Assembly (NCBI GenBank): GCA_044892525.1
Contig: CM097885.1
Span: 21,640,001 to 21,704,000, forward strand
Length of the DNA: 64,000 bases
Direction: 5' to 3'
Source: Schmidtea polychroa
Taxonomy: Eukaryota
Shown: positions 13,105 to 23,319 of the stretch, in pieces
Position numbering within the stretch: the first letter of the stretch is position 1
Layout of the letters: every line of letters begins with the position of its first letter
Position numbers and translations under genes: made by a program
Notes under the pieces: model-generated
Databases searched by the model: none
The model's input: only the letters and a program-made list of their open reading frames with translations
Told to the model about the DNA's origin: nothing

Positions 13105-16100
13105 TTAGAAAATATGTGTTTTATTACATTGTTTAATAATATCATTGTACCCTTGCGAGTTGTTGAGCGTAACCAGTACCCTTGTGAGCAGTACCCATAA
13201 GGGGACAGAATATTTTGTCGGATAGACTCGGAGTATATAGATTATTAATAATAATATATCAATAGCTATCGATGAGAACACTAACTTGTTGCATGTGTGG
13301 ACACTAATAATATTTTTTATATATTGTGTGTGACAGAATATCTTGTCTGATAGACTATATTGTGTGTAATAATAATTTTGTCAACTTAACCGTCAAAATA
13401 AGTTTTTTTAAATACCGCAACGTAATATATTTAATAATTAAAATATAATAAATTTTAAAATACCGCAACGTAATATAAATTTTAAAATACCGCAACGTGT
13501 TATATTTTTAAAAAAAAAATTTTTTTTTTAAAAAAATTTAAAAAAAAAAAGTACCCCCCTCCCCGGGGGTGGGGTGGGGGTATGACGTCATATGTCTTTG
13601 TTCCCGGGTCCACACAATACCCTACTCTGGCAAACTCCACTTTCCAAACAATGAATAGTAAATAATATTTTTATGAAACTTCTAATACTGCATTAAATCA
13701 GTATGGGATACAATCTACCGAATTCTTGATGTAAGAAAGAATGATAAATAAATATTACACAATTAATTAAACTGATCTGTTACATAATAATATGTCAAAA
13801 TCATAGTTTCAAGATCAGAGTTTATATTTATAAGTGATGGTTGTTTTTGAATATTGGAATGTATGTGTGCTTGCATGTATTCCGTATCAATAATATGTAA
13901 ACCAATAAACTTCCTTTGTAGATAATATACAATGATATTATATATATTATAATAGCGTGTTGGAGATTTGTCTTGGATAATAAAATCTGTTACAACTAAG
14001 TCTCTTCTTAACACTTGACAACCCTTCTATTTATATAAAGAAAACGGTTTAAGAACATTTGTGATAGCATATACAAAATTATAATTACAGAACCCTTTAT
14101 TTAATCCTTTCACTTTAGGAAGAGTTTTTAAAACTTGCACTCCTTTTACAGAGTTTATTAATGGCTTTGTGTTATTCGTTTATTCACCAAAACGTACTAA
14201 TAAAAACTGAGTAAACTTATTGAAACAGGTTATATGTTAAAATAGTAATAAAAGTTGAACGTCTGTGTTCATTGTCTTTAACTGGCGTATTGCAGTGTGA
14301 ATAAACATCGTTTTCGTAAATTGATACTTGAAAATTCATGGCGGAAAGTTGCAGTTTTCGAAGATAAGAGGTTAAGCTATCTAATTCATAAATTACTGAA
14401 ACTTACCAACAATACTCATTGTATCTATGAATCCACATACGATTATATCAGCTATTGCCAAATTAACCACGAATAGGTTGCCTTCGAAATTTAATTCCTA
14501 AATATTATGTAAAAATTAATTAAAAAATTAAATTACTTTATAGTAATTGACCAATTTTAACATAATTAACATATCGAAGTAATATTGTTGAAAATAATTA
14601 ATTAATTATTAAATTATTGTTGAATAAAATGAAAATTAAATTACTCGTTTAAGTTGTTTTTTGTTTTAATTGTTGTTTTCAAAAATTTAATTATACTAAA
14701 AGATGAGCATTGAACTATTATTTATTTATGTTTGGTAAAGAAAAGAAATAAAGATGAATCTTTCTTAAAAAAGGATTAAAATTAAAATTGGTCTTATTAT
14801 AATTATCAAAATTGTTTCGGTTGGTCCATATACAATATTTATATATAATGTCAATAGATATAAAATTATGAGCGCCCAAATTTTTCAAAACTTTAAAAAG
14901 TTGCCCAAGTAACATCTTCCCGCGCATTGCCGTCAAAAATTAAAGGAAACATTGGTACCGATGTGTACTCCGATGACAAGAGAGATTTAGAGAGCTGCTA
15001 TATTCATGAAATATTTCATTTGGGTTATCTACATATCCCATTTCAATACCTATTTTCATTTCATAGACCGAAATTATCCTTAGAATATTCCCATTCTCCT
15101 ATGGTTTGAAGTTCAGTGAACGAGAGAATTATTTAATGCAAATTCTTCGACTTATTCATATTCTCAGCATTTATATTTAGCTCCGGAATCAAGAATATAA
15201 TAGTGCAGTGTCTCCCGTCTTTGAATAAAATTTCATTTCACACACACACACGCATATATTATTGCTGAAAAATAAGGGTAATATAAAAAAAATTACTGGA
15301 ATATTGAGAAATTCGGGGAGTCACAAAGGTTAATCTTTAATTCTTGATGAAAATGGCTAGTGTCATATTTACCCCCGCATACTTATGCCTTGACTTTATA
15401 TCTTCTTTCATGTCATATTTGTAAAAAGTAAAAAGGATATTTGATGTTGAGGGCATTTAATAAGACATAGAACCATGAAGATATGAGAAAAAAGGATATA
15501 AGAAATTGTTTTTTCATCTTTTCTACATAATTGTGTTCAACAAGTTTGTTTAAAATAAATAAGAAATTCTCTTAGTATAAATACAATGTACAATCTCGAA
15601 TTACAAATTATAATATTGTTTTCTAATTTTGGAACAAAAAAACCCTCTATAGTTGGAAGGTCAACTTTAGATGGTCCAAATGTTGGTTGATTACTAGACC
15701 CCTAAGTCTTGCATCAAAGTACTAAATCAAATATATACCCAATGGCAAGAAATACTCTGTACCTGATAGTACTATTATATCAATCTTAATAAATTTTAAC
15801 GAATCTCCACAAATGACTTAATAATACACAATATTTATAAATCAATTCTTTATGATCACTTTTTTCAAAATTATTTCATTTCCTTAACTGATATTCTGAT
15901 TTCTCACTTCTTTCATATCTTACCACAAAATACAGTGTCAAATCCTCACTATTCACTTCTTAAAATATCTAATACCAGTGATCGGTAATCTATGGCACGT
16001 CAAAGGTATTTTGGTAGCAAGCATTGAAAATGACGATTTATGAGTTTTAGTACTTTAACCTTCCACTTACTGTGGTAATAAAGGTCCGCTCTACTCACTT

Positions 16101-16979
16101 TACTAAGTTGTGTTGCCTATGCACCTTCTTGCATGATATACATATATAAGTGTGAGCGAGTATGTGCTGTATGTATTATGATCAGTTAAAGTTTTCCTAA
16201 TATATATTTCTAGTTTTATTTCCATGATACAGTGTAGCCAGTACGATTATTTACCTGTTTTATGGCACTCCAGTTCATTGGGGTCACCGACCGCTGTTCT
16301 ATACAACCATTATTAAAATCAAATATATTTGATATCTTTAACAATATCCTCACTAACACATCATTTCCAAATTTAATTTACTAATAACGGAAAAAGGTAA
16401 ACAAAGCTCGATTCATACAAATATAATTATAAGACAAAGGAACAACTGCGAAATACATCCGGTTTTATCTACAATCATTAAAATTACAAATGAACACAAT
16501 TCTGAGTTATATGCGCATCGGTGTGTTTCTTATTAAATCACAAATGTCACGTGAATATGAAACACAAACTGTCTGCATATATGAAATTCAATTTGGAAAT
16601 GGTATGTTTAAATGAGTTCGGTGAATGCCTATTGCTGTGTGGGCAAATAGATGAAAAACACAAATAAATAATATATTTTCTCATAAAGCTACAATAGAAA
16701 AGAAAAAAAGAACTAAAATTTAATTATTATATTAATTATTTAATAATATATACATACATACCTTAGTGTTGAAAACCGCAATGATTGTCAGAACATTTCC
16801 AAATACTCCAGTTACAGAAGTCAGTGACAACAATGAAGTAAATGTGAAAGAGATATCTGAAAATAAATTGATAAAGAAAATGTTAAAATGAAAATAATTA
16901 TACATGGAAAATAATATTTGTACAATGAAGTTATGATGCCGCTTTTATTATTAATTGAAACCAAATATGGGAGTTCCAT
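6316..16979 (-). CDS. Class A GPCR, melatonin-receptor-like, 4 exons, 333 aa
   Basis: Exons 16979-16904, 16856-16762, 14497-14407 and 7055-6316 join through GT-AG introns in one frame (1002 nt). TM1 GVFGNVL, TM2 FVVNLAIAD, TM3 INRF (NRY-type, as in melatonin receptors), TM6 CWTPY, TM7 HLNSSINPILY. Confidence 0.9.
7433..7733. mobile_element. hAT-type MITE in GPCR intron 3
   Basis: Perfect 8-bp TSD CAAATTGA (7425-7432 / 7734-7741). TIRs CAGGCCCGGC / GCTGGTCCTG. Confidence 0.85.
9414..9560 (-). pseudogene. pogo/Tigger transposase N-terminal (Brinker-type HTH) remnant
   Basis: RRKSYSSALEIVLYAEKHGNRAASRQYEV resembles the BrkDBD of pogo transposases. Confidence 0.65.
9708..9795 (+). repeat. Dispersed ~90-bp repeat (MITE-like) with several copies in the window
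   Basis: gatatatttactgattcatagtcaagc...gaaaagaaatcagtggtgaaatttg. Related copies at ~18810-18890 (-), 40663-40760 (-), 41880-42235 (both arms), 56113-56190 and 62118-62195. Confidence 0.8.
11558..11633 (+). ncRNA. Candidate SRP-RNA Alu-domain-like structure closed by a 14-bp stem
   Basis: GCT-GATCG-tcgtggtggg-CGGTT-GTAA-TCC-aactagtg-GGA-GGC reproduces the helix 3 / UGUNR / helix 4 layout of 7SL. Flanked by aatatatatttaca / tgtaaatatatatt. No S domain seen on this strand. Confidence 0.5.
12225..12815. repeat. Minisatellite with ~60-bp unit interleaved with (AAT)n, inside the Polinton derivative
   Basis: Repeated attgttaatgggttg(c/t)gtgtgtgtaaaaatattttaggtttttc, about 8 copies. Confidence 0.85.
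15976..16296. mobile_element. Old hAT-type MITE in GPCR intron 2
   Basis: Ends CAGTGATCGGTAATC / GGTCACCGACCGCTG. The candidate 8-bp TSD matches at only 5/8. Confidence 0.5.
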
Positions 16980-17404
16980 TTTTTGATTAGTAATTTTTGA
17001 TTAATTTTCAAGTATAAATTATAATTAATTTTAACCAATTATATTCGAGCCAGATATGAATAACAAACGATTTCAATTTTCCAATTGAATTCATTTATAA
17101 CTTTTCTAACAGTTGACCTTTTTATTTTTATCTTTTCTCACGACATATTCCACGCGTTCAGGCAATTGTATATAAGATTGTATATGTATATATATATATA
17201 TATATGATAATTAATAATATTAATTATTAAATTAATTAATAAACATTTTGTTAACCTATAAAATGTTTCAGAAAAGAATACTAAAACAATTAAATATTAA
17301 AGATAAGATAAAATTTTTATAATTCTCTGAAACCAAAACAATTATAGATACCTTTTCTAAAAGTTGAAAGTTTACGATGGGCAGTGGTTAATAGTAGAAT
17401 ATGT

Positions 17405-17800
17405 TAGTACCTAGTTGTTAGTACCTGTTTGTTGTACTTGGTTGAAAATACTTGGTTGTAAGTACTTATTAGTAAGTAACTGGTTGTTGGTGTTTGGTTG
17501 ATGATACCTAGTGGTTAGTAACTAGTTGGTATTAACTGGTTGTTTGGTATCTGGTTGTTGGTAGTTCGTACCTGCTTGTTAGCATATGTTTGTAAGTAAC
17601 TGTTTATTGATACCTAGCTGTTAGTACTTGGTTATTTATAACTAGTTATTTATATTTGTTTTTAAGTAGCTGGTTACTTAATTATCTGTAACCAGTTGTT
17701 AGTAATTGGTTGTTAGTACCTAGTTATTAGTACCTGGTTGTTGGTAACTGGTTGTTGGTACTTGGTTATAAATAGTTAGTGGTTAGTAACAGGTTGTTCA
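17405..17800. repeat. Degenerate 14-bp tandem repeat (consensus GTACCTGGTTGTTA)
   Basis: About 28 diverged units, ~430 bp upstream of the GPCR start codon. Confidence 0.85.
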
Positions 17801-17911
17801 TACTTACTATTATCATTATTATTATTATTATTCACAAAACTTTATTTCATAAAAATTTGGATTAAAAATTTCTTTACTTTTTTAAAATTCTCAGTGAACG
17901 TCGATTTTTAA

Positions 17912-18151
17912 TCCTCAGTCTACCGCCCGGGTCCATTGGACCCAAATTATTTTATTTTTTCATTTTACTTTTTATATTACAAAATGTTAATTCTTGTATA
18001 ATATTTGATTTTTTTCTTTATATTTTTAATTAATAAACAATTTTTGAATTTTAAAATTCATTATAATACATGCAACAGCAATTTAAAATAAGCGGGGCCC
18101 ATTAGACCCGGACGGTAATTTTAGGAGCATTTTATTCTGGTAGACGCAGGG
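17912..18151. mobile_element. Non-autonomous piggyBac-like MITE
   Basis: TTAA|TCCTCAGTCTACC ... GGTAGACGCAGGG|TTGA, with subterminal GGGTCCATTGGACCC-type palindromes at both ends. Confidence 0.7.
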
Positions 18152-19018
18152 TTGAAAATTATCTTACATTATTTTTAATTATTATTATAATTTACTTATT
18201 TACTTAATTTTAAAATATTAATTTACTTATTTAAAAATTAATACTTTAATTTACCTTAATTTACTTATTTTTAAGTTATTAACCTAATTTCTCAGAAGAC
18301 CTCGATTCTTCAAAAATGTTATCATAATTTTAAAATTTGTTAGTTTTTTTGAATTTTTACTTTAATTTATTCTATTTATTTAATTATTACCCTAATTTCT
18401 CAGTCGACATCGAATATTGTAACATATATTTTAAGTTATTACTTAAATTTACTTTAATTAACTTATTTTTAATTATTACTTTAATTTCTCATAAGAAATC
18501 TACAAAATATCTTAACATAAATTCTTTTACAAAATTTCCTTAACACCTGAAAAATACAGAATCTTTTAACGAGAGTCTAAATCTAGTTGAAAAATACTGA
18601 AAATATTGAGCCCAACAAAGAATTCTACTTTCTTAAATTATGCCTTCGATGAGCATTCTAGATATTTTTTGATAGGAAACCAAATATTTAGATCTCGAAG
18701 AACTATTAATTAACGTTTTTTTTCAAATGGAATCCAAGAGATTTGTTGGATAAAATTTGTCAAAAGAAAGAGTGCTGGAGATTATTATAAGAACTTTATT
18801 ATAGTATTATAAGAACTTTTTTCAGTTTTCATCACTCATTTCTTTTCAATTGACATTGTATTTATTAAACAATTTAACTATGAATCAGTAATTGTAGGAA
18901 ATTATTATAGGTCAAGGGTCGGCAACCTGAGGCTTTTTTTCTTTAGTTCCATACAAAAGAATTAATAATTTATTATCAAAACCCTGAAAAAATAAGTAAA
19001 TATTAGTAATGTATATAA

Positions 19019-19209
19019 TGGGAACACCGGCTCACCCTACCCATCTAAGGTATTACTAATTTTTCAAATTTTATATTTAATAATTTTTAACATTGAAGTA
19101 AGGTGGGGTCTAGAATTGGAACACCCAACTTCAAATCTAAAATTTATTTAATCTAAGCATTGAAGGTGTAGTGGTGTCTAAATTAGGTAAGGGTAAGCCG
19201 GAGTTCCCA
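19019..19209. mobile_element. MITE nested near the left end of the hAT shell
   Basis: TIRs TGGGAACACCGGCTCACCCTACC / GGTAAGGGTAAGCCGGAGTTCCCA. TSD unclear. Confidence 0.7.
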
Positions 19210-19380
19210 CTACTAGACTTTAACATATAAAAATAAAAAAATTGAGAAATATAAAAATTGAAAAATATAAAAATTGAAAAATATAAATATTTCTAAGGGA
19301 TGTCGTTGACTAATTACCTTAAAGATTTGTACAGGTACTAAATTGAGTATACTGATCAATATTTCGTTTAAAAAAATTTG

Positions 19381-19446
19381 AAAAAAAAGTGACCGAAATG
19401 GGTTTTGAACCCATTGGTATTACTATTACCACTAAGCTATTACTGC
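19381..19446 (-). ncRNA. Pol III-type unit 1 (A box, B box, oligo-T)
   Basis: Minus strand: TAGCTTAGTGG, then GGTTCAAAACC inside an AATGGG/CCCATT stem, then T8. Does not form a cloverleaf. Confidence 0.5.
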
Positions 19447-20063
19447 TATATATACTAAAAAATAAGTTGTTATTGTGTGAATATTTATTGATGAAATTAA
19501 TAATTAATTATATTTTTTTTTGTAATCTTGATGTTTTGTAATTTAAAGAATAAAAAAATTTATGAAACAGTAAAACTGCTCTGAGAGGACAGTGGTATTT
19601 GTTTTTTTCCACTGTCCTCTCAACAGTTTTTTTTTATCCGGATCATTTTTTATTTATCAATTTTAACCTCTTTCGTTTATCGAATCTCCTCCAATATACA
19701 AGCTGGCCAGACTCATACATCAGAATCAATTCGATAGTTGTAATGCATCTCAATGGTGTTATTATCAGCATTACCGAAAGTTCAATGAAATTTGAAAGAG
19801 GTTCGAAAAAGGAAACCAAAGACAAATAAGTCGAATCGAGTGGGGATCGATCTCATGGGTGTACGAAAGACTGGTGGCGGTAGTTCCCGGTTCGAGAACC
19901 ACACCCATTTCAATAAATTTTTTTTCACATTTATGTTTAAAAATTAATTAATTAATAAAAAAATAAAATATACAAGATGTATTTCCTAAGATACCCACAC
20001 TATATATTTTTTTAATATTTATTTTCAATATTATTTTTAAATTTTTAATATTATTTTATGTTG

Positions 20064-20113
20064 AAAAAAAACTAGTTTCAGAACCACAATCCATTCCCAC
20101 TGAGCCAGCAATC
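20064..20113 (-). ncRNA. Pol III-type unit 2 (short, degenerate B box)
   Basis: Minus strand: TGGCTCAGTGG, GGTTCTGAAAC, T8. Confidence 0.4.
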
Positions 20114-20208
20114 TTGTTTTTAAAATTTCTTTTTCTTATTAAACATAGAAAATTAAATATTCTACTTAAAAACTAAAAGTAGTAGAATATTATGAAAATA
20201 ATATTTAT

Positions 20209-20288
20209 AAAAAAATAGTTTGACTTGGGATTTGAACCGCTACCTATTCTTACTATTGACTGAGTCTATTCCCACTGCGCTATCAGGG
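20209..20288 (-). ncRNA. Pol III-type unit 3 (tRNA-like spacing)
   Basis: Minus strand: TAGCGCAGTGG, 33 nt, GGTTCAAATCC, then T7. Confidence 0.55.
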
Positions 20289-20426
20289 TTCGGATTTTGT
20301 CATTTTTTAAAATTTTATATTTATAAAATTCTAAAAATTAGAAGTTCACATTATGAATAGTAAAAATATAAAAAAATAAAAATATATAAATTGAAAAATA
20401 TAAAAATTGAAATTTCTATTATAAAA

Positions 20427-21704
20427 ATGAGCAATATAAATCTCGAGATTTCAGAAAAAAATAAATTAAATCTTGATTATGATAAACAGTTTATTCATGA
20501 AATCAAGAAAAATGATGTACTTAAAATTTGTCCAACTTCTGATTCCATTTCAAATTTAAATCGTAGAGGTGATATAGTTTTTCAATCTCTCCAATCATCA
20601 AACCCTATAGATATTTGTAATGCAAAATTATATTACAAAATTGAATTAGAGATTGAAGCAAACAAAGATATTACCCTAGAAAATAATTTCTTTCCAAATT
20701 TATTTAACAACAGGAGATTAAAATTAGGATCTTCAGAAATTGAAAATATATCAAGTCCAGGTGTATATTCTACAATGTTAAATTTTGTTTTGACTGGTTG
20801 TGATTAAAAAAATGAATATGATGAATTAACAGGTTGGATCCCTGATGTTAACAAAGGTGATTTAGATAAAGATGGCTTAGATATAAATTATTGTTATCAT
20901 AAACGAGTTCAACTTTATAAATCTAAAAAATTTGAAGGTTATTTCGAATTGAAACATTTATTATGATTCCTTCAAAATTATAATCGTGTACTTCATAATG
21001 TTTTTATAGAATTACTTTGTAATAGAGTAATAGATGATAAAGTATTATTTTATGGAGACAAGGATACAAAAGGAAAATTAAAATTAATAACATTTGAATT
21101 ACATATACCTGAATGGACATTAAATCCACATGCTGAAATTAAACTTTTAGAAAGATTAGTCCATAAATGTAAATTATTTAAATAGAATAATCTAATGTAT
21201 TTGACATGAAAGAAGGTTCAACATATTCTATAAAGATTGCGAATTTAGCATATCGACCAAGATATATTTTAATTGGATTCAAAGAAACAGATCTATCCTT
21301 TCAAAAAAATAACGTGTTTATTCAAAAGATTGGAGATGATAATTTAAAATCAATTCAAATTCAATTGAATAATAGTTATTATCCAGTAAATAGAATGGAG
21401 TTTAATATAGAAAACAATGAAAATATATTCCCATATATAAATTATATTCAAACATGCCAAGACTTCAAAATAAAACCACAATTAAGTTTAGAAGATTTCA
21501 AAAATTTATATTCTATATTCTGTATAAATGTTTCAGATCAAGATGATAGATTGGCTATAAATAATGTTGATGTTACTCTTCATATAACAAAGGATTCTAA
21601 TTTTAAAGGAAAAAATATATACATTAATTCTTGAAAAAAAGAAAATAGAAATGAAGTTATATGGTGGAAAGATTTCAATAATTGAGAATGTTAGAGGAGA
21701 TTAA
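20427..21704 (+). pseudogene. Polinton/adintovirus double-jelly-roll major capsid protein, disrupted
   Basis: ITLENNFFPNLF..LKLGSSEIENISSPGVYSTML, GWIPD, FELKHLL*FLQNYNRV, RPRYILIGF, IQIQLNNSYYP and FKNLYSIFCINVS match the Polinton MCP pattern. Stops at 20805 and ~20965, frameshifts near 21160-21200 and 21620. Confidence 0.8.
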
Positions 21705-21730
21705 GTTTAATTCATCATTTTAAAGTATAA

Positions 21731-21885
21731 AATGATGATTTCTTGTTAGCAGCATTTATTATTTAAAACAAAAAAATGATAATTTAAGCCTTTTACTGAC
21801 AAGGACTATCTTATAGTCGAAAATCTTTTCATTAAATACATTATTTGCAGCAAAAGGCTTAAATTATCATTTTATTGTTTTAAAG
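21731..21885. repeat. Palindromic repeat between the MCP and PLA2-like genes; related copies at 51121-51240 and ~63085-63118
   Basis: tttaaaacaa..atgataatttaagccttt mirrored by aaaggcttaaattatcattttattgttttaaa. Near-identical sequence tgacaaggactatcttatagtcgaaa... at 51122. Confidence 0.8.
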
Positions 21886-21938
21886 CAAGTTTTAGTAATA
21901 AAAGAAAATTATTATAATTAAATTTTAACTTTTTAAAT

Positions 21939-22568
21939 ATGACTACTAAACGTTATTGGAGATGTGAAATTTGTTGTTGTGATGTTGCAACACACCATAA
22001 AGCGAGTCGTCTTAAAACTAAAAAACACACATCTCGATTAAATAATAAAATTTCATCAAATAATAAAATTTCATCAAATAATATTACATCGAATAATTTT
22101 GAAGGTGAAATAATTTCATCTTCAAATAATATTCCATGGTTAGATTTCGATCCTTCAAGTAGATTTGCTTTTGAAAATTTTGAAAAACAGGGTGGTGATT
22201 TACAATCTTCAAAATCAACATCACCATTACTGAAACCCTTTACTACTGAAAAATATCCAGGTGAAAGACATTTATTTAAGCACAACTATACTGGACCTGG
22301 AACACGATTAGATATTAGACTTGATGAAAATAATAATCCCAAACAAGGAGAGGAATCAATAAATAGAATTGACCAAGTTGCTTTAAAATATGACATTGCT
22401 TACAATTCAAAAATTTTTAGAGATAAACATGTTGCTGATGTTAATTTAATACATGATTTAAATAATATACAAAATCCATCAACCCAAGAAAAGACTCAAA
22501 GAACTCTAGTTAAATTAGCAATGAAGGGTGAATTTTCATGGAAGCTGGTCTACCTCCTACACCTATGA
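21939..22568 (+). CDS. Zn-finger plus parvovirus-VP1-type phospholipase A2-like protein (adintovirus PLA2X-like), probably decayed
   Basis: N-terminal CEIC...HKASRLKTKKH finger. Ca-loop HNYTGPGT. NRIDQVALKYDIAY corresponds to DxxAxxHDxxY with H replaced by Y. Confidence 0.8.
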   Translation: MTTKRYWRCEICCCDVATHHKASRLKTKKHTSRLNNKISSNNKISSNNITSNNFEGEIISSSNNIPWLDFDPSSRFAFENFEKQGGDLQSSKSTSPLLKPFTTEKYPGERHLFKHNYTGPGTRLDIRLDENNNPKQGEESINRIDQVALKYDIAYNSKIFRDKHVADVNLIHDLNNIQNPSTQEKTQRTLVKLAMKGEFSWKLVYLLHL

Positions 22569-22734
22569 TACTCATAGGTGCAGGAGTACCAAGGATGGCA
22601 AAAGATCTTGATAATAAAAAGATTATTGAACAAGCAGACATTTAAAACACCTCGAGAATGCATCCAAGATTGATTCTTTTATTAGCAAAACAAGTTTTAC
22701 TAATAAAATTTTATTAATCCCAACAGAATCACAA

Positions 22735-23275
22735 ATAAAATATGCTAACGAATTACACCATGAATTTAGAAAAAATAAAAGATATCTAAAAGTTCAAGTT
22801 TATGAAAAAGATCATACTTGGTCTGCTGATTTAGTCTTTATGCCAACCAAATCATCAGACCCCGAAAAATATAAAATAATTTTAACTGTAATAGATTTAT
22901 ATAGAAGATTTGCTTTTGCAAGATGTTTAGAAAATAAAACAGGATATTCTTTTACAGAAGCATTTGAAAATATATTTGAAGAATATCAAAGAATTCCAAA
23001 ATATTTATGGTGTGATAAAGGAACAGAATTTTATAACAAAGTTTTTAGAAAATTTTTGCAAGAAAATGATATTAAATTATATTCAACAGAAAATGAAGGA
23101 AAAGCAGTCGTAGTTAAAAGATTAAATAGAACGTTAAAAAATAAAATGTGGAAATATTTTACTGCTATTGGAAAACAAAAATGGAACAATGAATTATTGC
23201 AAAATATGGTAAATGAATATAATAATGATGTACATAGCTCTATTAAAGAAAAACCTTTAAATGCTTCTTTCTCTC
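22735..23275 (+). pseudogene. Polinton retroviral-like integrase, 3'-truncated
   Basis: ANELHHEFRK..HTWSADLVFM, ILTVIDLYRRFAFA, LWCDKGTEFYN, VVKRLNRTLK (catalytic E replaced by K), YNNDVHSSIKEKP. Confidence 0.9.
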
Positions 23276-23319
23276 CAAACTTGTTTGGAGGGAAAGCTTC
23301 TACAAACCCCGTTTTAGAA

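Larger units (their letters stand above)
10382..13626. mobile_element. Non-autonomous Polinton/Maverick derivative (3245 bp)
   Basis: 6-bp TSD CTGGCA (10376-10381 / 13627-13632). AG...CT termini. TIR AGTAGGGTATTGTGTGGACCCGGGAACAAAGACATATGA is perfectly mirrored at the right end and is followed by TGACGTCA motifs and G/C tracts. No intact ORF inside. Confidence 0.85.

Noticed and set aside
19381..20288. True tRNA genes
   Set aside because: No acceptor-stem pairing or anticodon arm; only promoter boxes and, in one unit, a T-arm.
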